Positions 39,316 through 50,249 of a stretch of DNA of 64,000 nt are shown here, piece after piece. A model generated the notes under the pieces. The model saw nothing but the letters and a program-made list of their open reading frames with translations, made no database searches and was not told where the DNA came from. This stretch comes from Squalus acanthias (lineage: Eukaryota). The position numbers were made by a program, and so were the translations under genes. The stretch is from NCBI GenBank assembly GCA_030390025.1, contig CM059432.1, positions 62,250,001 to 62,314,000 of the forward strand, given 5' to 3'. Every line of letters begins with the position of its first letter. Positions within the stretch are counted from its first letter, which is position 1.

Positions 39316-39913
39316 GGTGGTGTAAAAATATCTGGGAGCAGACTTAGGGTTGCTGCTGCTCATTTTGCATCCGGGTCCTCTCACAGCAAAGGCCAGGCAG
39401 TCTCTGAAGACCTTCAATGCAGCAGCAATGATTACATCATCAGAGGCGACTTTCAGACTGAAAACATTAATTGGTTCATGGGTTCCCACATGCTGGAACT
39501 CAATTGCCCAATTAGGTGAAAATTGCATCAATCTCCCACATCCAATTGCAATCGGGTGGATAACACGACCCCAACCCGCCCCAGTATCAAAATCCAGCCC
39601 TGTGTCCTCCTCACAACTTGCTTTCCCACCTATCTTTGTATCTTCAGCAAATTTGGCTACAGTACACTTGGTCCCTTCATCCAAGTCATTAATATAGATT
39701 GTAAACAGCTGAGGCCCCAACACTGATCCCTGTGGCACCCCACTAGTTACAGTTTGCCAACCTGAAAATGACCCATTTATCACGACTCTCTGTTTCCTGT
39801 TAGTTAGCCAATCCTCTATCCATGCTAATATATTACCCCCAACCCCATGAGCTCTTATCTTGTGCAGTAACCTTTTATGTGGCACCTTATCGAATGCCTT
39901 CTGGATATCCAAA
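38096..39913 (-). mobile_element. Nested CR1 3' portion inside ORF1 of the host CR1
   Basis: ORF 38187-38918 plus RT YLDIQKAFD...[10 protein letters not shown]; (AACATAAG)n tail; itself split by the 38974 MITE. Confidence 0.88.
38974..39600 (-). mobile_element. Non-autonomous Harbinger deletion derivative, 627 bp, inserted in a CR1 RT
   Basis: Same TIRs, TGT TSD on both sides. Both halves are homologous, in reverse orientation, to the two ends of 17717..21902 (e.g. GAGGCGACTTTCAGACTG, GACCCGTGGAG...GTTTGGAGG). Confidence 0.9.
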
Positions 39914-40092
39914 TACAGAGCTCGAGCTCCTCCAACCGATGACACTTCCTGCACACGTGGTTGTCTAGGACATGGGAAGCGTCCTGGATTTCCCACATGG
40001 CACAGGATATGCATTGCGTGGGCCTGAGCTGCCTTGCCATGTCTCTATTTAACAGGCTATTAACTAATTTACAGAAATAAACTTAAGACTAA

Positions 40093-40679
40093 GGGGGAGA
40101 AATTGAGTCGCACCCCCTTTGGGGCGCTAACTTTGCTGGGGCACTACTTTTAGCGCCCCGGAAAAATTAGCACCCACGCAGCCTGCATTGAGTGGTAGCG
40201 CCCCAAGGGGGAAATGGAGCACTACTGGAAGCGCCCTGCCTCCCTCTTGGGGTGCTGCGAGGGAATATCGCGGTGCTACGTGATGTCGCGCCGCGGTATT
40301 GCAGGCCTTCCTCCCCTTCTTAAAGGGGAGGGGCCTTGTGCAGCGTGACTCGGGGCCCAGCTGGGCCACCGGGGATCAGAGTGCCGGCAAAAGAGCCCGG
40401 CACTCAAGAGAAATCAGGAGGCCGGGGACGGCAGCGGAGGCAGGTGCTGGCAAGCGGCCAGCAACAAAAATGGCCGCCCGGCACCTCGCCTTTAAATCGC
40501 GCCACCCCAGCCGCAGGTAGGCCCCCCGACCCCGTCAGACATAGCGTCCGGCGGTAAGTCAGGGGGCGATACCGAAGATCGCGGCCGGGGCGCTAACGGT
40601 TACCGCCGCCGCTAACCTCCCGCTGAATTCCCGCATTGGGGTGCTAACGGGAGGCGCAAAGCAACCGAATTTTTCCCCC
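40093..40679. mobile_element. GC-rich Harbinger/Tourist-type MITE, second family
   Basis: GGGGGAGAAATT...AATTTTTCCCCC TIRs with TAA TSD on both sides. Confidence 0.8.
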
Positions 40680-42099
40680 TAAGTGTCTTAAAAGTCGGGC
40701 CTACCTTTATCTCCGACCGTTTCTCTCGCTTTCTTAAAGTCTTTATTCACACAATTATTTATAGTTATATTAATAAGTTTATCTAGTTACGTTAGAGAGA
40801 ATAAAATGCTAATACTCACCCACCAATCACCTACCTCAATCCTGTGATGTGATATTCCTTGCTTTTGGAATTCACTTATTATAAATACCAACTTTCCTTC
40901 TGCAATGTTGTAACTGTTAAATAGCTATTGTTATTTGGTTCAGGGATTTCATGGATAGGCTTAATTCCCAGAAAAGAAGTGACAGCAGATTGTAATTGTA
41001 TTTTGCTTGGGTTCAGTTTGTTTCATGAAGCTCAAGTTACCAAAATCAGCTGGAAGATGAGTAGTAAATGAAGAGCTACATCCCACTGAAGGAGCACTGT
41101 CTCAATGAAAAGGTGTTGGACAAACCTTTTTGTTTGAGGAGAAACGAAAGCCATGGACAATTTGTGTCATAGTGGCAGCATGAACAAATGATGTGATTTA
41201 CGCCATTGCATAGCACGTTTAGATCAAACCTTTTTTCATGAAGATAATACAAAAGCATAAACGTTATGTGGGTTTATATGAATTCCCCAGTAATTATAAC
41301 CTCTATCTATTTGTGAATATTTGCTTTCCCCTCCCCTTGTAGTAGATTACTTTCTTCTACATTGCACATAAACCAGAGGAATGATGCAAATATGATCTCT
41401 GGTGCCTGCATAATTGCGACATACCATTTTGTGTGGAGCTCCGAATAGTGTGGTGGGATAAGAAGAAAGGAAACAAAGACAACAGGAGAAAATAACCTTG
41501 AAAATGTTAGATTCAAAAATTGTAAACACGTTGATTTGATTAAGTTATGGAATATATCACCTGAAAACTGCAGAGTTGTTCAAAGTCAAAAGTCACTTGA
41601 GCAGAATTCTATACCTTTACTAATAAAAATTAGGGCCATACTTGGAACACCAGCAATGTTTTCCACAACTGTAGTGAACAACATAGAATAAGTGTTACTA
41701 ATACAAGTACCTGTAAATCTCTCACTGTGTTGCTCACAGGCTGAGGCGCAAGAAGAATTGGCGGGGCAGAGAATGAATAGTGGCCAGGGCCCATTAGGCA
41801 GTGCGAGGCGCAGAAACAGGTGGGAGAGTGAGTAGGATGGGGTGAAAGTGGCAGCCAAGAGCCAATGCCCGTCAGATTGGTGACCTGGGAAGAAAATAGA
41901 TGATACTTAGAGAGGGAGCAGCAGGCAGAAAAACTCCAACTAACCTGTGTTGGGGGCTTTGAGTCAGAGACATGCAGTAGGATTTATACAGAAGTTATAA
42001 CCGCCTATTTCTTTTCCCATGTTTGGTGATGGTTGTGCAAATGTAAGTGACGAGCTTTAGTGGCAGCGGAAAGGAAGATCAGAAGTGGTTTCCTCGTGC

Positions 42100-42545
42100 C
42101 AGCCTTGGCTCAGTGGTAACACACTTGTCTCTGAGTCAGAAGGTTGTGGGTTAAAGTCCCACTCTAGAAACTTGAGCACTTAATCTAAGCTGATACTTTG
42201 GTGCAGGACTGAGTGAGTGCTGCACCGTCAGACGGTACTGTCTTTCGGTTGAGATCTGAAATTTAGGTCCCATCTGCCTTTTCAGGTGAACGTAAAAAAT
42301 CCCATAGCACTATTCAAAGAAGAGCAAAGGAGTTGTCCCGGTATCCTGATCAATATTTATCCCTCAAGCAAAAAACAGATTATTTGGTCATTAGTCTTAT
42401 TGCTGTTCGTGGGGCCTTATTGTGGGAATTGCCATATTTCCCTACATCACAGCAGTGACTACACTTCAAAAGTACTTCATTGGCTATGAAGCGCTTTGGA
42501 GCATCTTGAGCTCATGAAAGGTGCTATATAAAGGCAAATTCTTAA
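42100..42545 (+). mobile_element. DeuSINE-like SINE
   Basis: GGCTCAGTGGTA head, shared core, GTGCTATATAAAGGCAA tail. Confidence 0.75.
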
Positions 42546-43135
42546 TATTTCTTTTTCTGGGTGGTTCACTGTTTCTACTGTGAAAACAGTCAGTCAGAAA
42601 GGGGAGATCAAAATATTTTTCCTATTTTCACTGAACCAACCTCACGAGACTTCAGATTTTTTTTTAAGTGGACAAAAAGTGCTTTATTTTCTTGATTATT
42701 TTTCTCCCTTTCTATAGGTCCTCCTGTATCGTGCAGAATTCCTGGCCAAGAGAATATCCAACTAACCTATTCCCAGATCTCTGCTAATATTTCTGTATAA
42801 ATGGTTACAAAAGTGTGTGTGTAAACTAATAACCTATTCTCAGGCTTCCGCTAATAGTACTAAGTCTGGTCACCAGGGGGTAAGTGAGAGTGGGCTTGGT
42901 AATTTATCTATCTGACTTTTCCTTCCAGAAGTGAAGCGCCTGAGCTCCACTTGTTACATCCCCTGATGGAACTGGTAAAATCAGACACTTGTCACGTAGA
43001 GAATTGCGGGCTGAATCTCCATTCCCCCACTCTGTGACTCTGCATTATTCCTAGATTGGGTTGTCAAATGTTAAATGAATTATCTTCAATTTTTTTGTAT
43101 GTTTGTTTTTAAAAGTCATATTGTTCATGTTACAG

Positions 43136-43250
43136 TGAATCATTTTACTGCCGTCATTGTGCGCAGACTTTGATGACACCTCTTACAAAAATGCAACTGG
43201 AAGTGTTTCTGCAGTATCCAGTCCTGCCACACAGTACTATAAAAATCAAG
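43136..43250 (+). CDS. SPIDR: SPIDR coding exon (second CxxC pair)
   Basis: ttacag|...AAG|gtatct, phase 2/0. ESFYCRHCAQTLMTPLTKMQLEVFLQYPVLPHSTIKIK; phase matches both neighbouring exons. Confidence 0.9.
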
Positions 43251-43740
43251 GTATCTATTAAATGTTGTACTAGTTTCCAAATGATCCATTAAGAGTAACA
43301 TCATATACTTCAGTACTGAAATGTTATCTTAAAAGACTGATGGATTTCTTTAAAAATACCAATTTGTTATGCACCTCCTTCCCCCTGCTGGAGTTCACAA
43401 GGCCTTTTTTAAGCATGAGTGATTGCTGTATATCAATTGGTTAAAGGTTTGAAGCTTATGGCTACCTATCTGTGAAGCTCCGTGCCATGGCTGGAAGCAA
43501 GTGCCGTCCATTCTCAGTAAACTGCTTGTTGAAGCACCTTATCACAATGTAATGCTTCTCTCTAGGAAAGGAAAACCAGCTGGCTGATCAGAGTAGCAGT
43601 CTCTGGCCCAGACCAACCAGCCTTTCCAGTGAAAGGAGGTTGCATGATAGCAAGCACCTCGTAAAGGGAAATGAAATGTGGGAATTGTAGATAGAGAGCC
43701 TTTCTTTTTAAAGATCTCTGACGTTTTATTCAGTGTTTGA

Positions 43741-45038
43741 TGATCCGGGGCCCTCATTTATTCAAGAGTAATGATATGTACTCAGTTGAGAAAGTATTAC
43801 TTGTAAGCACTTTAATGATATAGTTGCTGTTCTATACGAGCCAGTAGGAAGTATTGCTTAGCACAAAATTGGACTTGTTAATTAACCTTTACCAAAGATA
43901 TATACTCAGTTGACATAGTATTATTTCTCAACCCTTTTTCATGATGTAGTTGTGTCATATCTGGCAGCACATCAAAAGGTGTTAGTACTACACATGGCAT
44001 ACCTAAAAATAAATGCACTTTTGTTGTGTACTGCAGCCCTTTGAAACAATTTCTTGGGCATTTTGCTGAAGAACTTTGCTGTGGTTTTGCCGAGCCTTCA
44101 TAGTTTCATTTGACTAAGGCAAAACAAAGTTGGTCTATCAGCTTAATCCCAAATACCAAACCGTATTAATATTTTAAGTCTCTTTAAAAGTATGGCCATA
44201 ACAGAAATAGTTCAACTTTTGGTCAGTACTTTCCTTTGATTTTTTTGTTTCATCTCCACTTTGTTGGTTTCCTTCAGTTAAGAGGATGGGATGATCCAGG
44301 CCCTCATTTATTCAAGAGTGATGATATGTACTCATTTGAAACTGTATTACTTGTAAGCACTTTAATGATATAGTTACTGTTCTATATGGGCCAGTAGGAA
44401 GTACAACAAAATTGGACTTTGTCAAATTTCCATCTACTTCAAAACACTCTGGTACCATGACCTGCCCTACCTAGCAGCCTAGCTAAGAACCTGCTAGACT
44501 CACCCACTGAAGGTGCAATTGCTAAGTTTCAATGAATTGAACCTGGGATTCAAACCCAGAACCTCTGAACAGTAACCGTGCATTGAAGGCTTTCCTGCTT
44601 GTATTATTGGGCCTGTGCCTTAGTGCTTAAATGTATATGAAGCAAGTAAATGGAGAAATTGTGAATATCAAACCTAAAATTTAGGATGGTATAGTCAGCA
44701 AAATTGTAAAAATTCAAGTACAAGAAAAAATTAACCTTTACCAAAGATATATACTCAATCAACATAGTATTATTTCTAAACCCTTTTTCATGATGTAGTT
44801 GTGTCATATCTGGCAGCACATCAAAAGGTGTTAGTACTACACATGGCATGCCTAAAAATAAATGCACTTTTGTTGTGTACGACAGCCCTTTGAAACATTT
44901 CCTGGACATTTTGCTGAAGAACTTGCTGTGGTTTTGCCGTGCCTTCATAGACAAACTTTGTTTTGCCCTAGTCAAATGAAACTATCAGCTTAATCCCAAA
45001 TACCAAACCGTATTCATATTTTAAGTCTCTTTAAAAGT
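43741..45038. repeat. Local tandem duplication (43741-44190 vs 44292-45038, second copy with extra ~300 bp)
   Basis: Near-identical blocks GGCCCTCATTTATTCAAGAG... and TTAACCTTTACCAAAGATATATACTCA...TTTAAGTCTCTTTAAAAGTA. Confidence 0.9.
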
Positions 45039-45044
45039 AATGAG

Positions 45045-45420
45045 TTTTTTTTATTCATTCATGGGATGTAGGCGTTGCTGGCAAGGCCAGCATTTATTGC
45101 CCGTCCTTAATTGCCCTTGAGTGGCTTGCTAGGCCATTTTAGAGGGGAGTTAAGAGTCAACCACATTGATGTGGGTCTGGAGTCACACATAGGCCAGACC
45201 AGGTAAGGATGGCAGATTTCCTTCCCTAAAGGACATTAGTGAACCAGATGGGTAGTTACATGGTCACCATTACTGATACTAGCTTTTTAGTCCAGATTTA
45301 TTGAATTAACTGAATTTAAATTCTCTAGCTGCCGTGGTGGGATTTGAACTCTTGTCTCCGGATTATTAGTCCAGGCTTCTGGATTACTAGTCCAGTAACA
45401 TTACCACTATGCTACCGTTC
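45045..45420 (-). mobile_element. tRNA-derived SINE sharing its 3' tail with the 50250-type LINE
   Basis: Head GGTAGCATAGTGGTAA...GAGTTCAAATCCCACCA; tail GGGCAATAAATGCTGGCCTTGCCAGC. Confidence 0.75.
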
Positions 45421-45808
45421 CTGTAAATTAACACAATTGTGATCTGTAAGAGGGTTGGAAATGTTTCCAATATCTTTAGGAAAGGTGAGCAGATATTTAG
45501 TTTTGCTAACTTTTCTGCTAGTAATAAGAAATCTCACTGCTAACTGAGGTTGCCTTTTGAAGTAAAAATAAAAAGTATACATTTGGAATTAAGCTAAATT
45601 CTGGAAAACGTGCCTGTATATATTAATGCTGAAGTAGGCTGAGACATAAGTATGGAATATACAGAGTTGCATCAGCTACACTAGTAGTGATTTAGTTAGC
45701 ACCAATGGAGACGTGGTAAAGATTTTCTTCTTTCTGGAATAGACCTAAATCCAGTATGTACATGAGTTTGACACTATTTTGTTTATGACTCTCTATTTCC
45801 CAATTCAG

Positions 45809-45862
45809 CTGCTAGAACCAAGCATTTCAACTCTCCTGCTGCATTCCTCCAGTGATGAAGGG
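45809..45862 (+). CDS. SPIDR: SPIDR coding exon
   Basis: ttcag|...GGG|gtgagt, 54 nt. LLEPSISTLLLHSSSDEG resembles human LLQRSISSLLRFAAGEDG. Confidence 0.9.
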
Positions 45863-47441
45863 GTGAGTTAGTATTGTGTACAGTTTGGATACATTTTGAA
45901 AGTTCAAGTTGACAAATGTCAATTTCTGTGGCAAACCACATTTGGTGTACAATTTAGCTGTTTATAGAAGTGACTGCGTTCAACCATTTAAGATGGTAGA
46001 AATTCAGAGATTCAGCCATCATTTGATTCTGTTTTCTAGAACTAACACTTCTCAAATTCACAAAACAGAAACAATCAGATTTGTTGTTGACAAGCTACAC
46101 ATTTAACATTTACTGTTGTAGCACTTCACTTGCTTGTTGACATGTAGTTCTGAAGACCATAGAGCACAACCTCTTTGACCCTGGGTGTCAGAATGTGTAA
46201 TTGATGTACTGAGAACTGCAAATGGCACAGTGACTAACACTTTTATTATTATTTCTACCACTAAGAAGGAAGTGCCTAACTTTTGTTATCACCCTCTGTC
46301 TACATTGCTAGTTTAAGAACTCATGATGTTGAGTATCATGGCTATAAACCATCAGCACACACTGCATCAATTTTTAATTGGTGATTGGGTATGCAGAGAT
46401 CGTTCCCTAAATGTGAATATCTCTATGGCAGAAGTGTATATCCGCAATTACTACTTCAAAAAAAATCAGATTAAAGGAATTGGTCAGACTGATGCACGTC
46501 AAACTCCAGAATATCTTGTTAGTCCAAAAAGTCTGGGACTCTAGATTCAGCATACAGGTTTGTTTTCCACAATTGACTTTAGGAAATGTGGACTTACTCA
46601 ATAAATTAAATTAACTGCAAGACTTCGTTGATGCTAGGTTATAGATTCAATATTCTATTGAATACTTGTAAATCAATGAACTTGTCCAAAAATAACCCTA
46701 CACATAACAATGTATTACATTATCTGATTTTATGATAAACTCTTTTGAGTGAACCAAAATTTATTCTGTAGCAATAAGAAGTCCTATTGTGGGAAATTAT
46801 GATTTCTCAGCTCTCTTGGCAAAGGCTATAGAAGGTCTCCATGCACCTGTGATGTGAAGCTGAGGTGTTAGTGGGTTGCAGTGTGGATATTTCGAGGACA
46901 ACTGCAAAATGTGTGTATTATTATTAATATATTGTTGAATAATTATTTTTAGATAGATATAAAAGATACTGCTTTAAAAAACATGCTAAATAAAAATAAA
47001 GATGTTATTGTTTTTATCTCCATTTTACCTTTTAATTTTTTCTTCCCTTTCTTTGACTTTATTGCACCTCTCGCACCTTTTTCTACTACCTATTCTTGAG
47101 TGTTCAAATTTGGCAACAACTTTTCACAGTCCTCCAGGATGGTTAGGTTATAGTTGGTTTGGGACAGAAAATCAAGAAAGAAAATAGTTGTAACAGGAAA
47201 CAAGTTTGTCTACTGAGGAGCCAGAGGAAATAAAACCTTTCAAAACCTGATCAATGAGTTGGGGAAATAAGTTGGGAAAAGCACATCACTTTGATTCCTT
47301 TGCTAAAACTATTTCTCAAGATTTCTTGCATAATTAATACCTGAAGTATTACCATACTAAGATTTATTTGGCAAATATTATTAGCAATAATGAATACCTT
47401 GCTATGACCCAAATGTATGACACAGCCACAAAATCAAAATA

Positions 47442-47794
47442 CAGGAAACTCTTTGGTATCTGGCACCGACGAGACCGGGATGGTGCCGGTTGATTAAAAA
47501 TTCTGGATGACAGAGAGGTATATCTACCGAGGCTATTTTTAACAAACAAAAATAAAAAAATCAAGAAATGTGCAGTATACAGTAATTGGGTACTCACCTA
47601 CAAAATGTTGTGTTAAATGGATGGTGGAAGATGCTTGATTAAATACAGTGGTGCCAGTTGAGGGTAATCCATAACTCTTCAATTACTTAACAGTAAAACA
47701 AAACGGTTATTGAGGTGTTGTTTTCAGAGTATGAATTTTGCCGGATAATAGAGAATTCCGGATATTTAGGTGCCGTTTAAACGAGAGTTTCCTG
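47442..47794. mobile_element. Tc1/mariner-pogo (Tigger-like) MITE
   Basis: TA|CAGGAAACTCT...AGAGTTTCCTG|TA; subterminal GCCGGWT motifs. Confidence 0.85.
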
Positions 47795-49074
47795 TAAACC
47801 TTTTAGCTGTTAATGCATCAGTAGTAACAGTAGCATGTTTTTTTGTGAGCATTTTGCTATCTACAGCATAATGTGAAAGTATAAAATATCAAATTGCTTA
47901 CACATCCAGGATATTTGCACCAATTAAAATATTACCGCCAATCAGCCCGCTTTCAAAACATTATAGGCCGGATTTTGCTGTAAAAATAATAGTGAGGCTA
48001 TCAGTGCTCACTGTTGTTTATATGCAAATCGGACAGCACATCTTGCAACCGCATATGCACAGTTAAACGCGGAAATCCGGAAGTTGCTGTCCGAGATACC
48101 CTGCTCCTCCAAAAGCTTCCTGAAAATGGCATCTCGCCAAATTGTTGTACTTACCTCATAGATATGGACTAAACTCGCTAAAAGTTAAACCTTTTCCATT
48201 CTAGTCTAAGTACCCTTTTAATGGCGTGCTAAGTCTTAATTATTGCCAAACAACCTCTCTGGCACTGAATATTAACTTTTACAACCTTCAGCTTTTAATT
48301 ATTGTTGGAGATTTAAAAGTAAAATTTTCTTTTCACTTTTTCTTTCTGTCTCTTTTTTATATATCTCTCTCTCTTAATCCAATCTTTCTTTCCCTCTATT
48401 TTACTTTCTGTACTTGATTTGACATTGAATTCAATATTCCAACTTATATTTCCTGGTTCAGAGTCTGCGCTGCTCAGTAATAAAATCTTCACAATGGTGC
48501 AACATGCAGCAAATATTATAGCCGTATATCTGTTCCTTCAATAGTTGGTCCGAATTTGTTTAAATTTCTAATTTTCTAACTCAAAACTAGCTCTAATATT
48601 TTTTAATGTTTTTTTATCTCCAGAATACAAAATCTGTAAAAGCCAGTATTGAAATCTATGTCTGAAAATGCAGATTGAGTTTTTGAATGGTATCTTTTTT
48701 AAAGTGAGTTACTATTGAGTCAGTGCCAAATGTTTTAACAAGCTCTGTGACCAGCTCTAAAAATATATTGCATTCGGAGCTTTGACAGCCAAAATATTTT
48801 CCCATAAATTTCTAATATGGCAGCCAAATAATTTTGAAATGGTAAAAGCTGCCTTATACAGCTGTGAAGAGTATTTACAAATGTCTTTCATGCTTTATAA
48901 TAGTAACTAATAAACACCAAAAATAGTTTTAACCAATTTCTGTTTGAAATAAGTGACTTAATAGAATACAAATATTCCACTTGTGAAGTAATGCTTTCTG
49001 TACTTGTACAGTGCTCCACATGAACACTACACAAAATCTATTAAGCTAGTCAAGCAAAATGTGGTTTTAAAATA

Positions 49075-49565
49075 CAGGAAACTCTTTGGTATCCGGCACC
49101 GACGGGACCGGCGTGGTGCCGGTTGATCAAAAGTTCCGGATAACGGAGAGTTATATCTACCGAGGCTATTTTTAACAAACAAAAATAAAAAAATCAAGAA
49201 ATGTGCAGTATACTGCAGTGTTCGGACTTCCGACAGCGCCAGGAGGCCGAGTAGTGGCACTTTGGAGAACTACCCCCACTGACTAACTCGGCGTTCGCGG
49301 GAGACTCGGACTCGGACTCGGCAACATTGCCGGTTATTTGAGAGAAGTTTTCGGAGTACTCAGCGTTCGCGGGAGACTCGGACTCTGACTCGGCAACATT
49401 GCCGGTTATTTGAGAGAAGTTTTCGGAGTACTCAGCGTTCACGGGTGACTCGGACTCTGACTCGGCAACATTGCCGGTTATTTGAGAGGCGTTTTCGGAG
49501 TATGATTTTTGCCGGTTAAGAGAGAATTCTGGATATTTAGATGCTGGTTAAACAAGAGTTTCCTG
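49075..49565. mobile_element. Tc1/mariner-pogo (Tigger-like) MITE, same family, with internal tandem array
   Basis: Same TIRs and TA TSD; first ~140 bp nearly identical to the 47442 copy. Confidence 0.87.
49287..49502. repeat. 72-bp tandem repeat, 3 copies
   Basis: GCGTTC recurs at 49291, 49363 and 49435; unit contains GACTCG x3 and GCCGGTTATTTGAGAG...TTTTCGGAGTA. Confidence 0.92.
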
Positions 49566-49739
49566 TATAGTGCTATCAAATATTCATACACATCCACACC
49601 TGCACATATCGTATGTAATGGCACATGTGAAAAAGTTTTCATTCACCTATCTTATGAATGTGTTCTCCTTTAATAACTTATCTTGTGAGTACAGAATGTT
49701 CTTTACAATGTTTGTTTTATTATATTATTACCATGACAG

Positions 49740-49877
49740 GGCTATGAGATAGACGGTGTACTTGGCAAGGAGTTGGGGCCTCTCAGCTGTTATGTCCGCT
49801 CAGTAACAAATCAGCCAGCATGCTGGATTGGGCTAGAAGAAGTCAGTCTGCTACAGGTGATAACCCAGACTCGGTGA
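49740..49877 (+). CDS. SPIDR: SPIDR terminal coding exon
   Basis: gacag|GYEIDGVLGKELGPLSCYVRSVTNQPACWIGLEEVSLLQVITQTR-TGA, resembling human YEVKSVLGKEVGLLNCFVQSVT...IGLEEIELL. Confidence 0.93.
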   Translation, partial: GYEIDGVLGKELGPLSCYVRSVTNQPACWIGLEEVSLLQVITQTR

Positions 49878-49970
49878 ATGTGAAATTCTCGTCCATCAGC
49901 AATTGTTGTAGCAGTGATGGTTACAATCTGTATTTTTGACATTTTATGATAAATGTGAAATAATTATTGC

Positions 49971-50006
49971 ATTAAATATTTATATATTACATGTGTTGTA
50001 ATTAAA
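49971..50006 (+). terminator. Candidate SPIDR polyadenylation signals (ATTAAA x2)
   Basis: ATTAAA at 49971 and 50001, followed by GT-rich sequence, about 100-130 nt after the stop codon. Confidence 0.4.
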
Positions 50007-50249
50007 ATAACTATTTTGGATGTCTGGTGTGTCAGGTTATTTTAAAATTTATATTTGTATCTTTATGGAGATTTAAAAAGGTTAATGAAAGAAGACCATA
50101 TCAGTAAAACAATTCAAAAACACCTGCCCTTTTTATTTAGTTACTTTACTGTGAATCTGGGAGCTATTTGTTGTGGATAAGCTAAAAAGCATCAGACATT
50201 TGTTTCCACCTGAAAACAGCTGGTGTCAAGGAAGTATAGGTATTGCACC

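Larger units (their letters stand above)
34362..40870 (-). mobile_element. Near full-length CR1 LINE (ORF1 Cys-rich N-terminus plus esterase, ORF2) with nested insertions
   Basis: ORF1 N-terminus CISC...CRKC (39855-40040), esterase VGDLIVRG...HIGIND (37495-37944), endonuclease (36356-37157), RT (34577-35940), (CATAGAAT)n tail. 5' boundary approximate. Confidence 0.85.

Noticed and set aside
39166..40014. 282-aa ORF as a novel protein
   Set aside because: Chance fusion of host CR1 ORF1, nested CR1 RT and MITE sequence.
40093..40679. CpG island or promoter of a nested gene
   Set aside because: The GC-rich block is exactly bounded by TIRs and a TAA TSD, so it is explained as a MITE.
42718..42880. 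Extra SPIDR exon (strong acceptor TTCTATAG; donor GGTAAG near 42880)
   Set aside because: The flanking exons already join in frame and match the known protein; no recognisable homology here.
49287..49502. CRISPR-like array or repeat protein ORF (49194..49442)
   Set aside because: Units are head-to-tail with no unique spacers, lie inside a MITE in a eukaryotic intron, and no cas genes are present.
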